Numbered from the whole stretch's first letter, positions 1 to 12,112 are shown. The stretch: DNA of 62,991 nt, filler included, from Octopus bimaculoides (GCF_001194135.2; 4 parts of 4 records of this genome joined end to end with filler, not necessarily neighbours in it); one strand, 5' to 3'. Translations and numbers: made by a program. The notes: generated from the letters alone by a model not told the origin.

Positions 1-31
<31 letters not shown>

Positions 32-70
32 CTATAGTATAGCTCGGTTTCTGAGTGTGTGTGTGTGTGT
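1..70. repeat. (TG)n microsatellite
   Basis: Visible TG runs at 1-28 and 55-70. Confidence 0.95.
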
Positions 71-1351
71 GTTGCATCTATAGAAATTCACACCTCACAA
101 GATAGCAATATGGGAATCGCACCAATGGATTCCTCATGGTCGAAAATGCCCGGAATCGACCATTTGTTTTTTTTTTTCTTTTTTGGTTGCTTCCTAACAC
201 GTGAATTTTTGCATTAAAAATAATTTTAAACCATCAATTCTAACAATTTTCAAATCGACATTATTTGCAAACATGAGTTCAGTCCCCTTCTACCTACGCT
301 GTTAAACAGATAGAGAGACAGAGAAACATAACAGATTTTTTCAATATCGTCTTTTTACTGGATTATTTTGTAAACAATGTNNNNNNNNNNNNNNNNNNNN
401 NNNNNNNNNNNNNNNNNNNNNNNNNNNNNNNNNNNNNNNNNNNNNNNNNNNNNNNNNNNNNNNNNNNNNNNNNNNNNNNNNNNNNNNNNNNNNNNNNNNN
501 NNNNNNNNNNNNNNNNNNNNNNNNNNNNNNNNNNNNNNNNNNNNNNNNNNNNNNNNNNNNNNNNNNNNNNNNNNNNNNNNNNNNNNNNNNNNNNNNNNNN
601 NNNNNNNNNNNNNNNNNNNNNNNNNNNNNNNNNNNNNNNNNNNNNNNNNNNNNNNNNNNNNNNNNNNNNNNNNNNNNNNNNNNNNNNNNNNNNNNNNNNN
701 NNNNNNNNNNNNNNNNNNNNNNNNNNNNNNNNNNNNNNNNNNNNNNNNNNNNNNNNNNNNNNNNNNNNNNNNNNNNNNNNNNNNNNNNNNNNNNNNNNNN
801 NNNNNNNNNNNNNNNNNNNNNNNNNNNNNNNNNNNNNNNNNNNNNNNNNNNNNNNNNNNNNNNNNNNNNNNNNNNNNNNNNNNNNNNNNNNNNNNNNNNN
901 NNNNNNNNNNNNNNNNNNNNNNNNNNNNNNNNNNNNNNNNNNNNNNNNNNNNNNNNNNNNNNNNNNNNNNNNNNNNNNNNNNNNNNNNNNNNNNNNNNNN
1001 NNNNNNNNNNNNNNNNNNNNNNNNNNNNNNNNNNNNNNNNNNNNNNNNNNNNNNNNNNNNNNNNNNNNNNNNNNNNNNNNNNNNNNNNNNNNNNNNNNNN
1101 NNNNNNNNNNNNNNNNNNNNNNNNNNNNNNNNNNNNNNNNNNNNNNNNNNNNNNNNNNNNNNNNNNNNNNNNNNNNNNNNNNNNNNNNNNNNNNNNNNNN
1201 NNNNNNNNNNNNNNNNNNNNNNNNNNNNNNNNNNNNNNNNNNNNNNNNNNNNNNNNNNNNNNNNNNNNNNNNNNNNNNNNNNNNNNAAACAAGTAAAGCA
1301 ATAAAAATCTATGCCATTTTAATCCCGAGCAAGGCCGGGTATCTCTGCTAG

Positions 1352-1390
<39 letters not shown>

Positions 1391-1441
1391 ATTATATATC
1401 TAATATATATATCATATATATATATATCATATATATATATA

Positions 1442-1488
<47 letters not shown>

Positions 1489-1599
1489 TATGTGTATTTT
1501 TATATATTAAATGTGTGTGTGTATGAATTGACTAAACATATATGTATGTATTGGGACATATAACTCTCCCAATTAAAATTAAAATTAATACTCACCAAA

Positions 1600-1950
1600 T
1601 TAAATTTGTCTGGTTTTGTTTTTAAAAAATGGTTTAAATTTTATCAAAGAAAAGCACTAAAGATGACAACTGTGCGAAAAATTGAATTTTATTTTCTTGT
1701 AGCAGAAAAAAAAGTTGGATAATTAGTAATTTTTGCTGTTTCTAGTATTCAAATTAATTTCCACCAATTAAAAATTTTCTTTGATTTAATTAACAGGTGA
1801 CAGAATTTGACCGCCGAACCGTGAAGTATACTATGATGGTTTCATTGTTTCTTTCTTTGTCTCTGGCTAATTTTGATGGCAATTATCGTCATACTAACAT
1901 TGACTCCATTGAGATATCCAAAATATCGGCCGGGTTGGGGAGGATTATGG
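1600..1950. repeat. Old, highly diverged dispersed repeat, copy 1
   Basis: Aligns by eye with 18440-18800 and partly with 12650-12800 (gtgcgaaaa, aaaattttct..gatt..ttaa..cagg, tgacc...ccgtgaa, gctaatt..gat). Confidence 0.55.
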
Positions 1951-2009
1951 AAACAAGGGGCAGGGTTACCATTTCACGCACTTCTGCATCTTCTCATGAA
2001 TAATAATAA

Positions 2010-2228
2010 TGATCCTTTCTAAAGGAGGCACATGGCCTCAGTTTTGTGGGGTAGGGGCTAGTCGATTATATCGACCCCAGTGTTTCACTGGTTCTTAATT
2101 TATCGACCCCGAAAGAACGAAAGACAAAGTCGACCTCGGCGGAATTCGAACTCAGAACGTAGCACCGGGAGAAATACCTCTAAGCATTTCATCCAGCACG
2201 CTAATGATTCTGCCAGCTCACCACCTAA
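2010..2228 (-). mobile_element. tRNA-derived SINE family A
   Basis: Minus strand shows A-box-like TGGCAGAATC, B-box GAGTTCGAATTCC, central ctttcggggtcgataaattaag and an (ATT)n tail; a second partial copy runs from 2236 to the gap at 2342. Confidence 0.85.
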
Positions 2229-2734
2229 TTAATAATCCTTTCAACTATAGGAACAAGGCTTGAAATTTGGGGTAGGTAACTGGTACTTATTTCATCAACC
2301 CCGAAAGGATGAAAGCAAAGTCGATCTCGGCGGAATTTGAACNNNNNNNNNNNNNNNNNNNNNNNNNNNNNNNNNNNNNNNNNNNNNNNNNNNNNNNNNN
2401 NNNNNNNNNNNNNNNNNNNNNNNNNNNNNNNNNNNNNNNNNNNNNNNNNNNNNNNNNNNNNNNNNNNNNNNNNNNNNNNNNNNNNNNNNNNNNNNNNNNN
2501 NNNNNNNNNNNNNNNNNNNNNNNNNNNNNNNNNNNNNNNNNNNNNNNNNNNNNNNNNNNNNNNNNNNNNNNNNNNNNNNNNNNNNNNNNNNNNNNNNNNN
2601 NNNNNNNNNNNNNNNNNNNNNNNNNNNNNNNNNNNNNNNNNNNNNNNNNNNNNNNNNNNNNNNNNNNNNNNNNNNNNNNNNNNNNNNNNNNNNNNNNNNN
2701 NNNNNNNNNNNNNNNNNNNNNNNNNNNNNNNNNN

Positions 2735-2735
<1 letters not shown>

Positions 2736-2801
<66 letters not shown>

Positions 2802-3177
2802 GGCAGATAAATAGATAGATAGACAGGTAGATAGATAGACAGACAGACACACACACACACACACACACACAATTAGACACACAGAAATAGACACACACGC
2901 ACGCACACACACAGATAGACACAGAGAAACACACAGACAGACACACACACAGACACACAGAGAAACACACAGACAGACACACACAGAGACACACAGACAG
3001 ACACACAGACAGACACACAGACAGACACACAGACAGACACACAGACAGACACACAGACAGACACACAGACAGAAACACAGACAGATAGATAGATAGATAG
3101 ATAGAAACATACATACATACGCACACATACATGCGTACATACATACATATATACATATACATACATTCATACATACA
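2736..3177. repeat. Compound microsatellite (GATA)n/(GACA)n/(CA)n with 12-bp acagacagacac units
   Basis: Directly visible. Confidence 0.95.
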
Positions 3178-4215
3178 NNNNNNNNNNNNNNNNNNNNNNN
3201 NNNNNNNNNNNNNNNNNNNNNNNNNNNNNNNNNNNNNNNNNNNNNNNNNNNNNNNNNNNNNNNNNNNNNNNNNNNNNNNNNNNNNNNNNNNNNNNNNNNN
3301 NNNNNNNNNNNNNNNNNNNNNNNNNNNNNNNNNNNNNNNNNNNNNNNNNNNNNNNNNNNNNNNNNNNNNNNNNNNNNNNNNNNNNNNNNNNNNNNNNNNN
3401 NNNNNNNNNNNNNNNNNNNNNNNNNNNNNNNNNNNNNNNNNNNNNNNNNNNNNNNNNNNNNNNNNNNNNNNNNNNNNNNNNNNNNNNNNNNNNNNNNNNN
3501 NNNNNNNNNNNNNNNNNNNNNNNNNNNNNNNNNNNNNNNNNNNNNNNNNNNNNNNNNNNNNNNNNNNNNNNNNNNNNNNNNNNNNNNNNNNNNNNNNNNN
3601 NNNNNNNNNNNNNNNNNNNNNNNNNNNNNNNNNNNNNNNNNNNNNNNNNNNNNNNNNNNNNNNNNNNNNNNNNNNNNNNNNNNNNNNNNNNNNNNNNNNN
3701 NNNNNNNNNNNNNNNNNNNNNNNNNNNNNNNNNNNNNNNNNNNNNNNNNNNNNNNNNNNNNNNNNNNNNNNNNNNNNNNNNNNNNNNNNNNNNNNNNNNN
3801 NNNNNNNNNNNNNNNNNNNNNNNNNNNNNNNNNNNNNNNNNNNNNNNNNNNNNNNNNNNNNNNNNNNNNNNNNNNNNNNNNNNNNNNNNNNNNNNNNNNN
3901 NNNNNNNNNNNNNNNNNNNNNNNNNNNNNNNNNNNNNNNNNNNNNNNNNNNNNNNNNNNNNNNNNNNNNNNNNNNNNNNNNNNNNNNNNNNNNNNNNNNN
4001 NNNNNNNNNNNNNNNNNNNNNNNNNNNNNNNNNNNNNNNNNNNNNNNNNNNNNNNNNNNNNNNNNNNNNNNNNNNNNNNNNNNNNNNNNNNNNNNNNNNN
4101 NNNNNNNNNNNNNNNNNNNNNNNNNNATATATATATTTATATATATATATATATATATGCATATATGCACACATACATATACGTATCTATATATGTATAT
4201 ACGTATATGTGTACG

Positions 4216-4257
<42 letters not shown>

Positions 4258-4311
4258 TATATACGTACATATGTGTGACTCTATGTGTGTGTGTGTGTGT
4301 GACCGTGTGTG

Positions 4312-4344
<33 letters not shown>

Positions 4345-4454
4345 ATTGGAGATCTAGAGAAACCGCTTTATGTGACGTCATTCGGTTGTGACAAATCTAG
4401 AATTTAATATCTAAATGTGGGAAGAGATGGTAAGATACAAGGTTCGTTCCTCAC

Positions 4455-4690
4455 CGAAGACATTTTTTTATTTACTTGTTTCTGTCATCAGACTACAGCC
4501 AAACTGGAGCACTGCCCTCAAGAATTTTTAGTCGAAGGAATCAAGCCCAATACGTATTTTCTTTTGAAGTCTGGTACTTACTCTAGCACCGCTAAGTTAC
4601 GGGGACGTAAACATACCAACACCGGATGTAAAGCTGTGGAACGGGACAGACACAGAGGCACACATATACACATGCATACATACAGGTAAC
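4455..4690 (-). mobile_element. SINE family B, 3' half, degenerate
   Basis: Matches the family B body (accgctaagttacggggacgtaaac) seen intact at 27193 and 60842. Confidence 0.75.
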
Positions 4691-4691
4691 G

Positions 4692-4801
<110 letters not shown>

Positions 4802-5564
4802 CAGAATGGAACAAGAACGCAAAACATCCAGATAGTTTAGGTGATACAAGAAAGGGACAACAAAACATCCAGATAGACGATACAAAGAAAACAAGGACAG
4901 GTCATTCGGAGTTTTCTTTCTTCAGTCGAGATCCAGATTATCTTTGCAATTTCGGCTGGTTATTTTCAATATTGCTCCAATCTGGCCAGCCCCAAGGAAA
5001 AACGAAGCTAAGAGCATTAGATTCCTTGGAAGAAAGCAGCAAATGTATACAAAAACAAGGACGGAAAAAAACGAACAATGTTACACAAATACAGTAGGAA
5101 TAATAATGGGATATAACAACAGATGTCTTTCGACTAAGGACGAATAAAATTAAGNNNNNNNNNNNNNNNNNNNNNNNNNNNNNNNNNNNNNNNNNNNNNN
5201 NNNNNNNNNNNNNNNNNNNNNNNNNNNNNNNNNNNNNNNNNNNNNNNNNNNNNNNNNNNNNNNNNNNNNNNNNNNNNNNNNNNNNNNNNNNNNNNNNNNN
5301 NNNNNNNNNNNNNNNNNNNNNNNNNNNNNNNNNNNNNNNNNNNNNNNNNNNNNNNNNNNNNNNNNNNNNNNNNNNNNNNNNNNNNNNNNNNNNNNNNNNN
5401 NNNNNNNNNNNNNNNNNNNNNNNNNNNNNNNNNNNNNNNNNNNNNNNNNNNNNNNNNNNNNNNNNNNNNNNNNNNNNNNNNNNNNNNNNNNNNNNNNNNN
5501 NNNNNNNNNNNNNNNNNNNNNNNNNNNNNNNNNNNNNNNNNNNNNNATATATATATATATATAT

Positions 5565-5777
5565 AAGTTCGTGCCGATTTTTAAAGGAAGGAAAAAGGTC
5601 AATAAATACTTGCCATTACATTTTAATCAACCAAATATGAACCATTTTGTTGCACAATGCGTCTCTATTTTTCCTTTAACTTGAAAATACCCTCTTCCCA
5701 GAATTGGGGTAGTTTCATGGCAAATAAGTTGAAAGGTAAGCTACTATAAATCGGTACGAACTTTCCGGACAACCCAG
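5565..5777. mobile_element. Internally deleted mariner-type element (MITE-like)
   Basis: Inverted ends aagttcgtgccgattt (5565-5580) and aaatcggtacgaactttccggacaacccag followed by TA (5748-5779); left end truncated in a TA run. Confidence 0.75.
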
Positions 5778-5779
5778 TA

Positions 5780-5962
5780 CTATAGGCACAATGCTAGAAA
5801 TTTGTGGGCAGAGGGAAAGTCGATGACATCGACCCCAATATTTTACTGGTACTTAATTTATCGACTCTGAAAGAATGAAAAGCAAAGTCGGCCTCGGCGG
5901 AATTTGAACTCAGAACGTAGCGACGGGCGAAATATTGTTAAGCATTTCGTCCAGCGTGCTAA
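5780..5962 (-). mobile_element. SINE family A
   Basis: ggcctcggcggaatttgaactcagaacgtagc and aagcatttcgtccagcgtgct match the family. Confidence 0.85.
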
Positions 5963-6279
5963 ACCCTGAAGCGTTTCTCTCCCCTTAAAGTGGAATCTTC
6001 ACTCTCTCTTCTATTTCCTAGTAAACTTTCTCGCTTTCTCTCTCTCTCCATCTCTTTCCCTCTCCCTCTCTCCCTCTCCATCTCTTTCCCTCTGCCTCTC
6101 CCTCTCTCACTTCGAAAGCAACTATAGGTGGCAGCACCAACAGTCTCCAGTCAAATTTCATGATTTTATGAAATGTCCTTAATTGAATATTAAAATTACC
6201 ATTTATAGTTGCGGCTCTGTCCTAAATATTTAGGAGGTGGTTGGAGTTAATCATATTTGATATCAGTTATTGACTTTTA

Positions 6280-6780
<501 letters not shown>

Positions 6781-7018
6781 TTTGGATATTGACTCTTTTT
6801 ATATATATATTGACTCTCTTTATATATATATATATGTTATTCGATATGACTCTTTTGTTATTTTAGTGATTCAGAAGGACAAAATGGTAAATAACGAAGT
6901 TGACCTCAGCAGGAGTTCATCTCAAAGGGATGTAACTAAATGCCATGAGGCATTTTAGACAAATAATACCGGGAGCGGCTTGGCTTTCTATCCAACTCAC
7001 TCTAATTAAGGAAACAAA

Positions 7019-7202
7019 TAGTGGAACTTCTGTTTACGAATTTAATTCGTTCCTCAAGGGCGTTCATAATCCGAAATGTCCGGAAACTGAAACTACTGTT
7101 CGTTACTCGAGTGTTCGTTACCCGAGACGTTTTATGATCGAGAAATTGTTTGCAAACCGATTTCTTCGTGATGAGAGGTATTCGTAAACCCAGGTTCCAC
7201 TG
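7019..7202. mobile_element. pogo/Tigger-like MITE
   Basis: Imperfect TIRs tagtggaacttctgtttacgaat and attcgtaaacccaggttccactg, with TA at the right flank. Confidence 0.7.
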
Positions 7203-7365
7203 TAATTAACAGTAACATACTGTAGTTTTGTTGTGTTGAAGGAATTGGGACAAATTGTTGTATTGTAGGAAACGGGACAGGCTGACCTGGAATGAGGTGC
7301 GAGCTTTGAATGAGAGGAAACGATCTAGCAAGTATGCTGGGATGAGGTACAGTGGAGCCTGTCTA

Positions 7366-7590
7366 CCATGGGATCAAGTGGTGTCACGCAAAGTCACATG
7401 ACCTGACCTTTTGAGAGCAAAGCCTCACCAGATAAAACTCCTAATTCAGGCAGTTTGTGATCTCCGAAGGAAACCATCCAACTTGTGCCCGAGGAAAAGG
7501 TCGCTGGAGAATATACTCAGGAGGCTCCAAAAGCCCAGGAGAGAAATGCTACCACTGGAGGGGCATGATCAGGTTTTGAAAGTCAGAGCA
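7366..7590 (+). mobile_element. HERO-like RLE non-LTR retrotransposon fragment (zinc-finger region)
   Basis: PWDQVVSRKVT*PDLLRAKPHQIKLLIQAVCD..CPRKRSLENIL..CYHWR/HDQVLK resembles the HERO motif RIKFLIQAVYD..C..GSLEHIL..RY.WRHDQVL (recalled). Confidence 0.7.
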
Positions 7591-7592
7591 GA

Positions 7593-7695
7593 CACCGATG
7601 GAAGAAGTGTATGGACCGCAAAAGGGGACTATGTTGAAAAATAAACCTCATTTGGTCACATTCCATGAGAGTGTCTTGGTCAGCCGAACTTCGTA
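7593..7695 (+). mobile_element. Mariner 3' tail: last codons of transposase plus partly deleted TIR
   Basis: HRWKKCMDR/KGDYVEK* (stop 7642-7644) followed by ggtcagccgaacttcgTA. Confidence 0.8.
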
Positions 7696-8210
7696 GAACA
7701 TTCTGTCCTACTTTCCACAATAAAACAGCCTGTCTTACTTCCCACAATAGGACAGTCTGTCTCACTTCCCGCAATAGAATAGTCTGTCCCACTTCCCACG
7801 ATAGAGCAGCATGTCTTACTTTTCCCAATAGAACAGTCTACTCCCTCTCCCCCCACATACACACTTCCCACAAGAAATTAGTCTGTTTTACTTCCAATAG
7901 AACAGTCTGTCCCACTTCCCGTAATTAAACAGCCTGTCTCACCTCTCACAAGAGAACAACCTGTCTTACTTCCCACAAAAGAACAGTCCGTCTTCACTTC
8001 CCACAATAAACAGCCTTGCCCACTTCCCACAACAGGAAAGTCTGTCTTACTTCCCCCGATAGAACAGTCTGTCCCACTTCCCACAAGAAATCAGCCTTCT
8101 CACTTTCCACAAGAAAACAGTCTCGCTTTCCACAATAGAACAGCCTGTCCCACTTCCTACAATAGAACAACTCATCCTACTTCCGGCACGAAAACAGTTT
8201 GTCCCCCTTC
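7696..8210 (+). repeat. 27-bp minisatellite, about 18 diverged units (consensus aatagaacagtctgtcccacttcccac)
   Basis: Units readable directly; an inverted stretch of the same unit lies at 9549-9630. Confidence 0.9.
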
Positions 8211-8404
8211 CTCCATCCAGTATTTCTATAAGTCTACAGTATGAGGTCCCCTCCCTGAATTGTCGAATTCATTGCACTTATTTTCTTAAAAGCTATTTCA
8301 AGAAAATTTTGCAACCTTTTGATATCACTTCCAAATAACTGCACCATTTGCAAAGGATCCAAAATTACATTTTTTACATATTTATTAATAATTGATCTAT
8401 AATG

Positions 8405-8577
8405 CTTGGCATCACAAGGACCAGTAGGTAGAAAGCGACCAGATTGGTTGCGGAAGCAGCGGAAATTGCCGTTAGGCGGATGTGGAACCAGATGTATGAA
8501 CCCTTGAACGGGCCGTGTTAATAGAGATTGCGCTAACTGGACACCATCTGGGTTACTTGTTTGAGGGTGTCTGTTGA
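8405..8577 (+). mobile_element. HERO-like element, C-terminus and start of 3' UTR
   Basis: LGITRTSR*KATRLVAEAAEIAVRRMWNQMYEP resembles the HERO end LGI.G..RR.A.K..EAAE.ASRWLW; followed by ctgggt....gagggtgtctg. Confidence 0.6.
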
Positions 8578-9548
8578 TTGGTTCCCACTGGTGAAGAATC
8601 TTTCATCCTGTAAGTCAAAAAAGTCATCAGCAGCAGATATGACGTCATCATCTCCACGATACAGGTTCCCAGCTAAGTGTATTTTCATACTGGGGAATAA
8701 GCGATAATCAGATGGGGCCAAATCAAGAGAATAACGAGGTTGATCAACCAGTTCAAAGTCACAGCCATGCACAGCAGTCACCGAAACCAAGGACTTGTGT
8801 GCTGGAGCATTGTCCTAATGAAACAAGACACCTTTCGTCAGTTTTCCTGGACGTTTGGTCTTGATAGCTTTTTCTAACTGCCTTAGCAAGTTGACACAGT
8901 ACCCTCCATTGTTGGCATGGTCCTTTTGAAGATAGTCAATAAACACAATTTCTTTTGCATCTCAAAAAAACAGAGGCCATCACCTTCCCTGCAGATGAAA
9001 CTACCTTGACCTTCTTTGGAGCAAGGGAAGATGGGTGCTCCCACTGCATGGCTCTGAGTCTCTGGCTCAAAGTCTCTGGCTCAAAGTCTCTGGCTCAAAG
9101 TGATGAACTCTTATCCTGAGTTAGGAAACGTTAAAGGAAACCAGCTGGATCTGCCTCAAACAATGTTATGGTGAACACGATCAATGTTTTCCTCGGTGGT
9201 GACAGTTTCAGGGCGTCCAGACCTACGGTCATCTTTCACCTCCTAAATTCAGCTGCCTACTTTTACACTCTTGATGAAGCTGGAGTTTCATCCTCTAACT
9301 TGCAGAAAAAGGCTAAGCCCTTTTTCTGCAAGTACTTGATAACGCCACAATGCCAAATTTTGTCTATCTTCAAGAGAATTCGCTACTAGTTACTCTTGAT
9401 GTCTTCTGTGAATAGTCAGATGTCAGTTTACCCGGAAAGAAACAATGACGTTATTAATAAGATGGGTTGAAATTAACGCATGCAAATTTTTACAGCTCTA
9501 GCATCACTCCTTCATAATCTGCCTATGAACTTCTCAGCTGACCCTTGA
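8578..9548 (-). mobile_element. Mariner transposon pseudogene (irritans/Himar-like), 5' TIR to near the C-terminus
   Basis: DKIWHCGVIKYLQKKG, DDRRSGRP, SAGKVMASVF, VLFH*DNAPAHKS, YSLDLAPSDYRLF; 5' TIR agggtcagctgagaagttcatagg at about 9523-9546; stops, a deletion and a 14-bp triplication at about 9058-9100. Confidence 0.92.
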
Positions 9549-10117
9549 TTGGGAGGAAGTGGGACAGTCTATTCTGTGGGAAGTGGGATAGACTTTTCTA
9601 CAGTAGAAAGTTGGGCAAACTGTTTTGTTGCAGGAAAACGGAGATTTTAATGCAATACCCGTCTGGTACTCTGTTGTATCTGACTAAACAGGATCCACAT
9701 GAAATGAAGTGCCTTTTTCGAGGACTTTATATGCCACCCAGTCCAAGAATCGAGCTCACGAGCTAGGGAAGCTCCTTTATTATCAAAGGGTCTCAATTGT
9801 TCTTAAATGCCAGTCTCATATTTAATGCCATGCATTGCATGCAGCTACCTTTTCCCTTGTCTCTCGATTTCCAAATGTGCATTGAAAGTGGTGTTTTCTC
9901 CGAGTAGGGTGATACAAAGGACGATTCAAAACAATATCCTGTGGTATATTTGATAACACAAGATAATTTTAAGAAAGAACTTGATATAATAAGTACTTCT
10001 CTTGAATTAAATCGACAGAAACTGGTTGTTAATAATTTACAGAATGTAAGGTTATCAACAAAATTCACGCCAAATCTAGGCATGCGAAATACGGACACTA
10101 TTTATTTACGAAATACA

Positions 10118-10192
10118 TTTGAGGAGGTGCTAAAAAGTTCCTAGCTTTGGATAAAAGAAAATACAGGAGGATCAGTTACGATTTTATTCAAC
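10118..10192 (+). mobile_element. Terminal fragment of a second mariner-type family
   Basis: gaggaggtgctaaaaagttcctagctttgg..aaaatacaggaggatcagtt..gattttattcaac resembles a mariner-style end; cut off by the Helitron end. Confidence 0.45.
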
Positions 10193-10193
10193 A

Positions 10194-10885
10194 CTACCAG
10201 ACATACCCGGCGTTGCCAGGGATTTAAATGGTATAGTTTGTATATATGGTACAGTTACAGTTGAAACATGTGATACGGGGAAGTGCAGCATTGACGACCA
10301 AACGCTTGTGGAGTAAATGAAGAGCTAATTCGACTAAGTGACATGTCATGCGACTGTTTGGAAGATTCCAGGCCTTAACCTTATCATGGAAAAGTAGGTG
10401 GGGGCATGTGATTTTTGAACATACCAAAAAGCTTCCAGTGGATATACTCTCCTTTGTGGCTGTCGGCATTGTTGCTACCACGCTGAACAATCAGTAGACA
10501 TAGGAAGTACATGAATGTGATAAATTAAGCCTGTAGGTGCGCGCAGCAGCACCACATGAGAGAAATCTACATGCAAGAAATGACGTGGTAAGAAAGAATG
10601 GATTAGTTGAAGCTGTTAATTCACCATTCCTGGCCAGGCGAATACTACGCTGCTCGTCACTTTCCATTGTTTTTGTAGTAACTGTACATGCAGCATTTTG
10701 TGATTGTCTAATTGAAGTCTCATGTGACGATTCATTTGCTCTCCTTCTTTTCAATTTCTCTACTACCGCCGTTTTTCGACGAATTGAGGATCTCTTCTTT
10801 GGAGACATTATGTCAAGAAATATGAAGTAATGAACTAAGATAGCAATTAGTCGTTAATAATGAAATGTCAATAAAAAAAGGTAGA
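10194..10885 (-). mobile_element. Non-autonomous Helitron derivative
   Basis: Minus strand 3' end: 16-nt GC hairpin ccctggcaacgccggg, 8 nt, GTAG|T (CTAG-like); ORF 10491-10808 MSPKKRSSIRRKT..RRRANESSHETSIRQSQNA..ESDEQRSIRL resembles a Helitron Rep/Hel N-terminus; possible A|TC 5' end at 10885. Confidence 0.6.
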
Positions 10886-11103
10886 TAATATTAGCAAATT
10901 TTAAGTAAAGTTACTTCGCAAAGAGTTACCTCCCTTCTCCACAGTAGTCATACTTACCCCAGGAAAGAGTTTTTTCTGGCCCCAGAGGCCCCATTACTCA
11001 TTTTGTGAAAAAGATTAAGAGTCTTAAACCATCTCTGGGACATAAAGTAATGTTTGTTCCCAGTTTGAAGAAAATCAGTTGCGAACTTCAGAAGTTATGC
11101 AGG

Positions 11104-11152
<49 letters not shown>

Positions 11153-11457
11153 NNNNNNNNNNNNNNNNNNNNNNNNNNNNNNNNNNNNNNNNNNNNNNNN
11201 NNNNNNNNNNNNNNNNNNNNNNNNNNNNNNNNNNNNNNNNNNNNNNNNNNNNNNNNNNNNNNNNNNNNNNNNNNNNNNNNNNNNNNNNNNNNNNNNNNNN
11301 NNNNNNNNNNNNNNNNNNNNNNNNNNNNNNNNNNNNNNNNNNNNNNNNNNNNNNNNNNNNNNNNNNNNNNNNNNNNNNNNNNNNNNNNNNNNNNNNNNNN
11401 NNNNNNNNNNNNNNNNNNNNNNNNNNNNNNNNNNNNNNNNNNNNNNNNNNNNNNNNN

Positions 11458-11510
<53 letters not shown>

Positions 11511-11549
11511 TGTATGTATCTGTATGTGTGTATCTGTACGTGATTGTGT

Positions 11550-11760
11550 ATATCCTTGTCATGTGATCATGTAATGCTTGTAAATGAACATCACCGTCAT
11601 AGAAGCGAAGCTGTTCTCGTCTGCCACGAAAAAAATTTGACAACATGTCTTGACATCAGGTAATATTATCCTTGCATCAACAAATATCTGCATCAACAAA
11701 TTCTGTCTCACCCACAGAAGAATGGAAAAGTGACTGTTAAACGATGGTGGTGATGATGAC
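11550..11760 (+). mobile_element. SINE family D 3' part, (GAT)n-tailed
   Basis: Ends ggaaaagtgactgttaaacgatg, like 35990-36020 and the minus-strand copy at 58430-58670. Confidence 0.6.
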
Positions 11761-11790
11761 GATGACGATGATGATGATGACGATGACGAC

Positions 11791-11828
<38 letters not shown>

Positions 11829-11936
11829 CGACGACGATGATGATGATGATGATGACGAAGACGACGACGACAATGCCGATGACGATGATAATGAGAAAGG
11901 TGACGTTGACAATGATGATGATGACGACGACGACGG

Positions 11937-11982
<46 letters not shown>

Positions 11983-12080
11983 AACGTTAACGATGATGAT
12001 GGTAAAGATGGTAAAGGAGGAGGAGGATGACGATGATGATGACGACTACGACGGTGATGATGATGATGATGATGTTGATG

Positions 12081-12112
<32 letters not shown>

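Noticed and set aside
113-215. Two small hairpins, a T run and an Sm-site-like AATTTTTG
   Set aside because: No resemblance to a spliceosomal snRNA; stems of 6 and 8 bp and this motif are expected by chance in AT-rich DNA
4373-4380. Perfect CRE TGACGTCA (also 55857-55864)
   Set aside because: Two 8-mers in 63 kb without promoter context are not informative
363-4391. Long ORFs in the track made of X, CV, YI, HT or LS repeats (here and throughout the window)
   Set aside because: They are translations of N gaps and di- or tetranucleotide microsatellites
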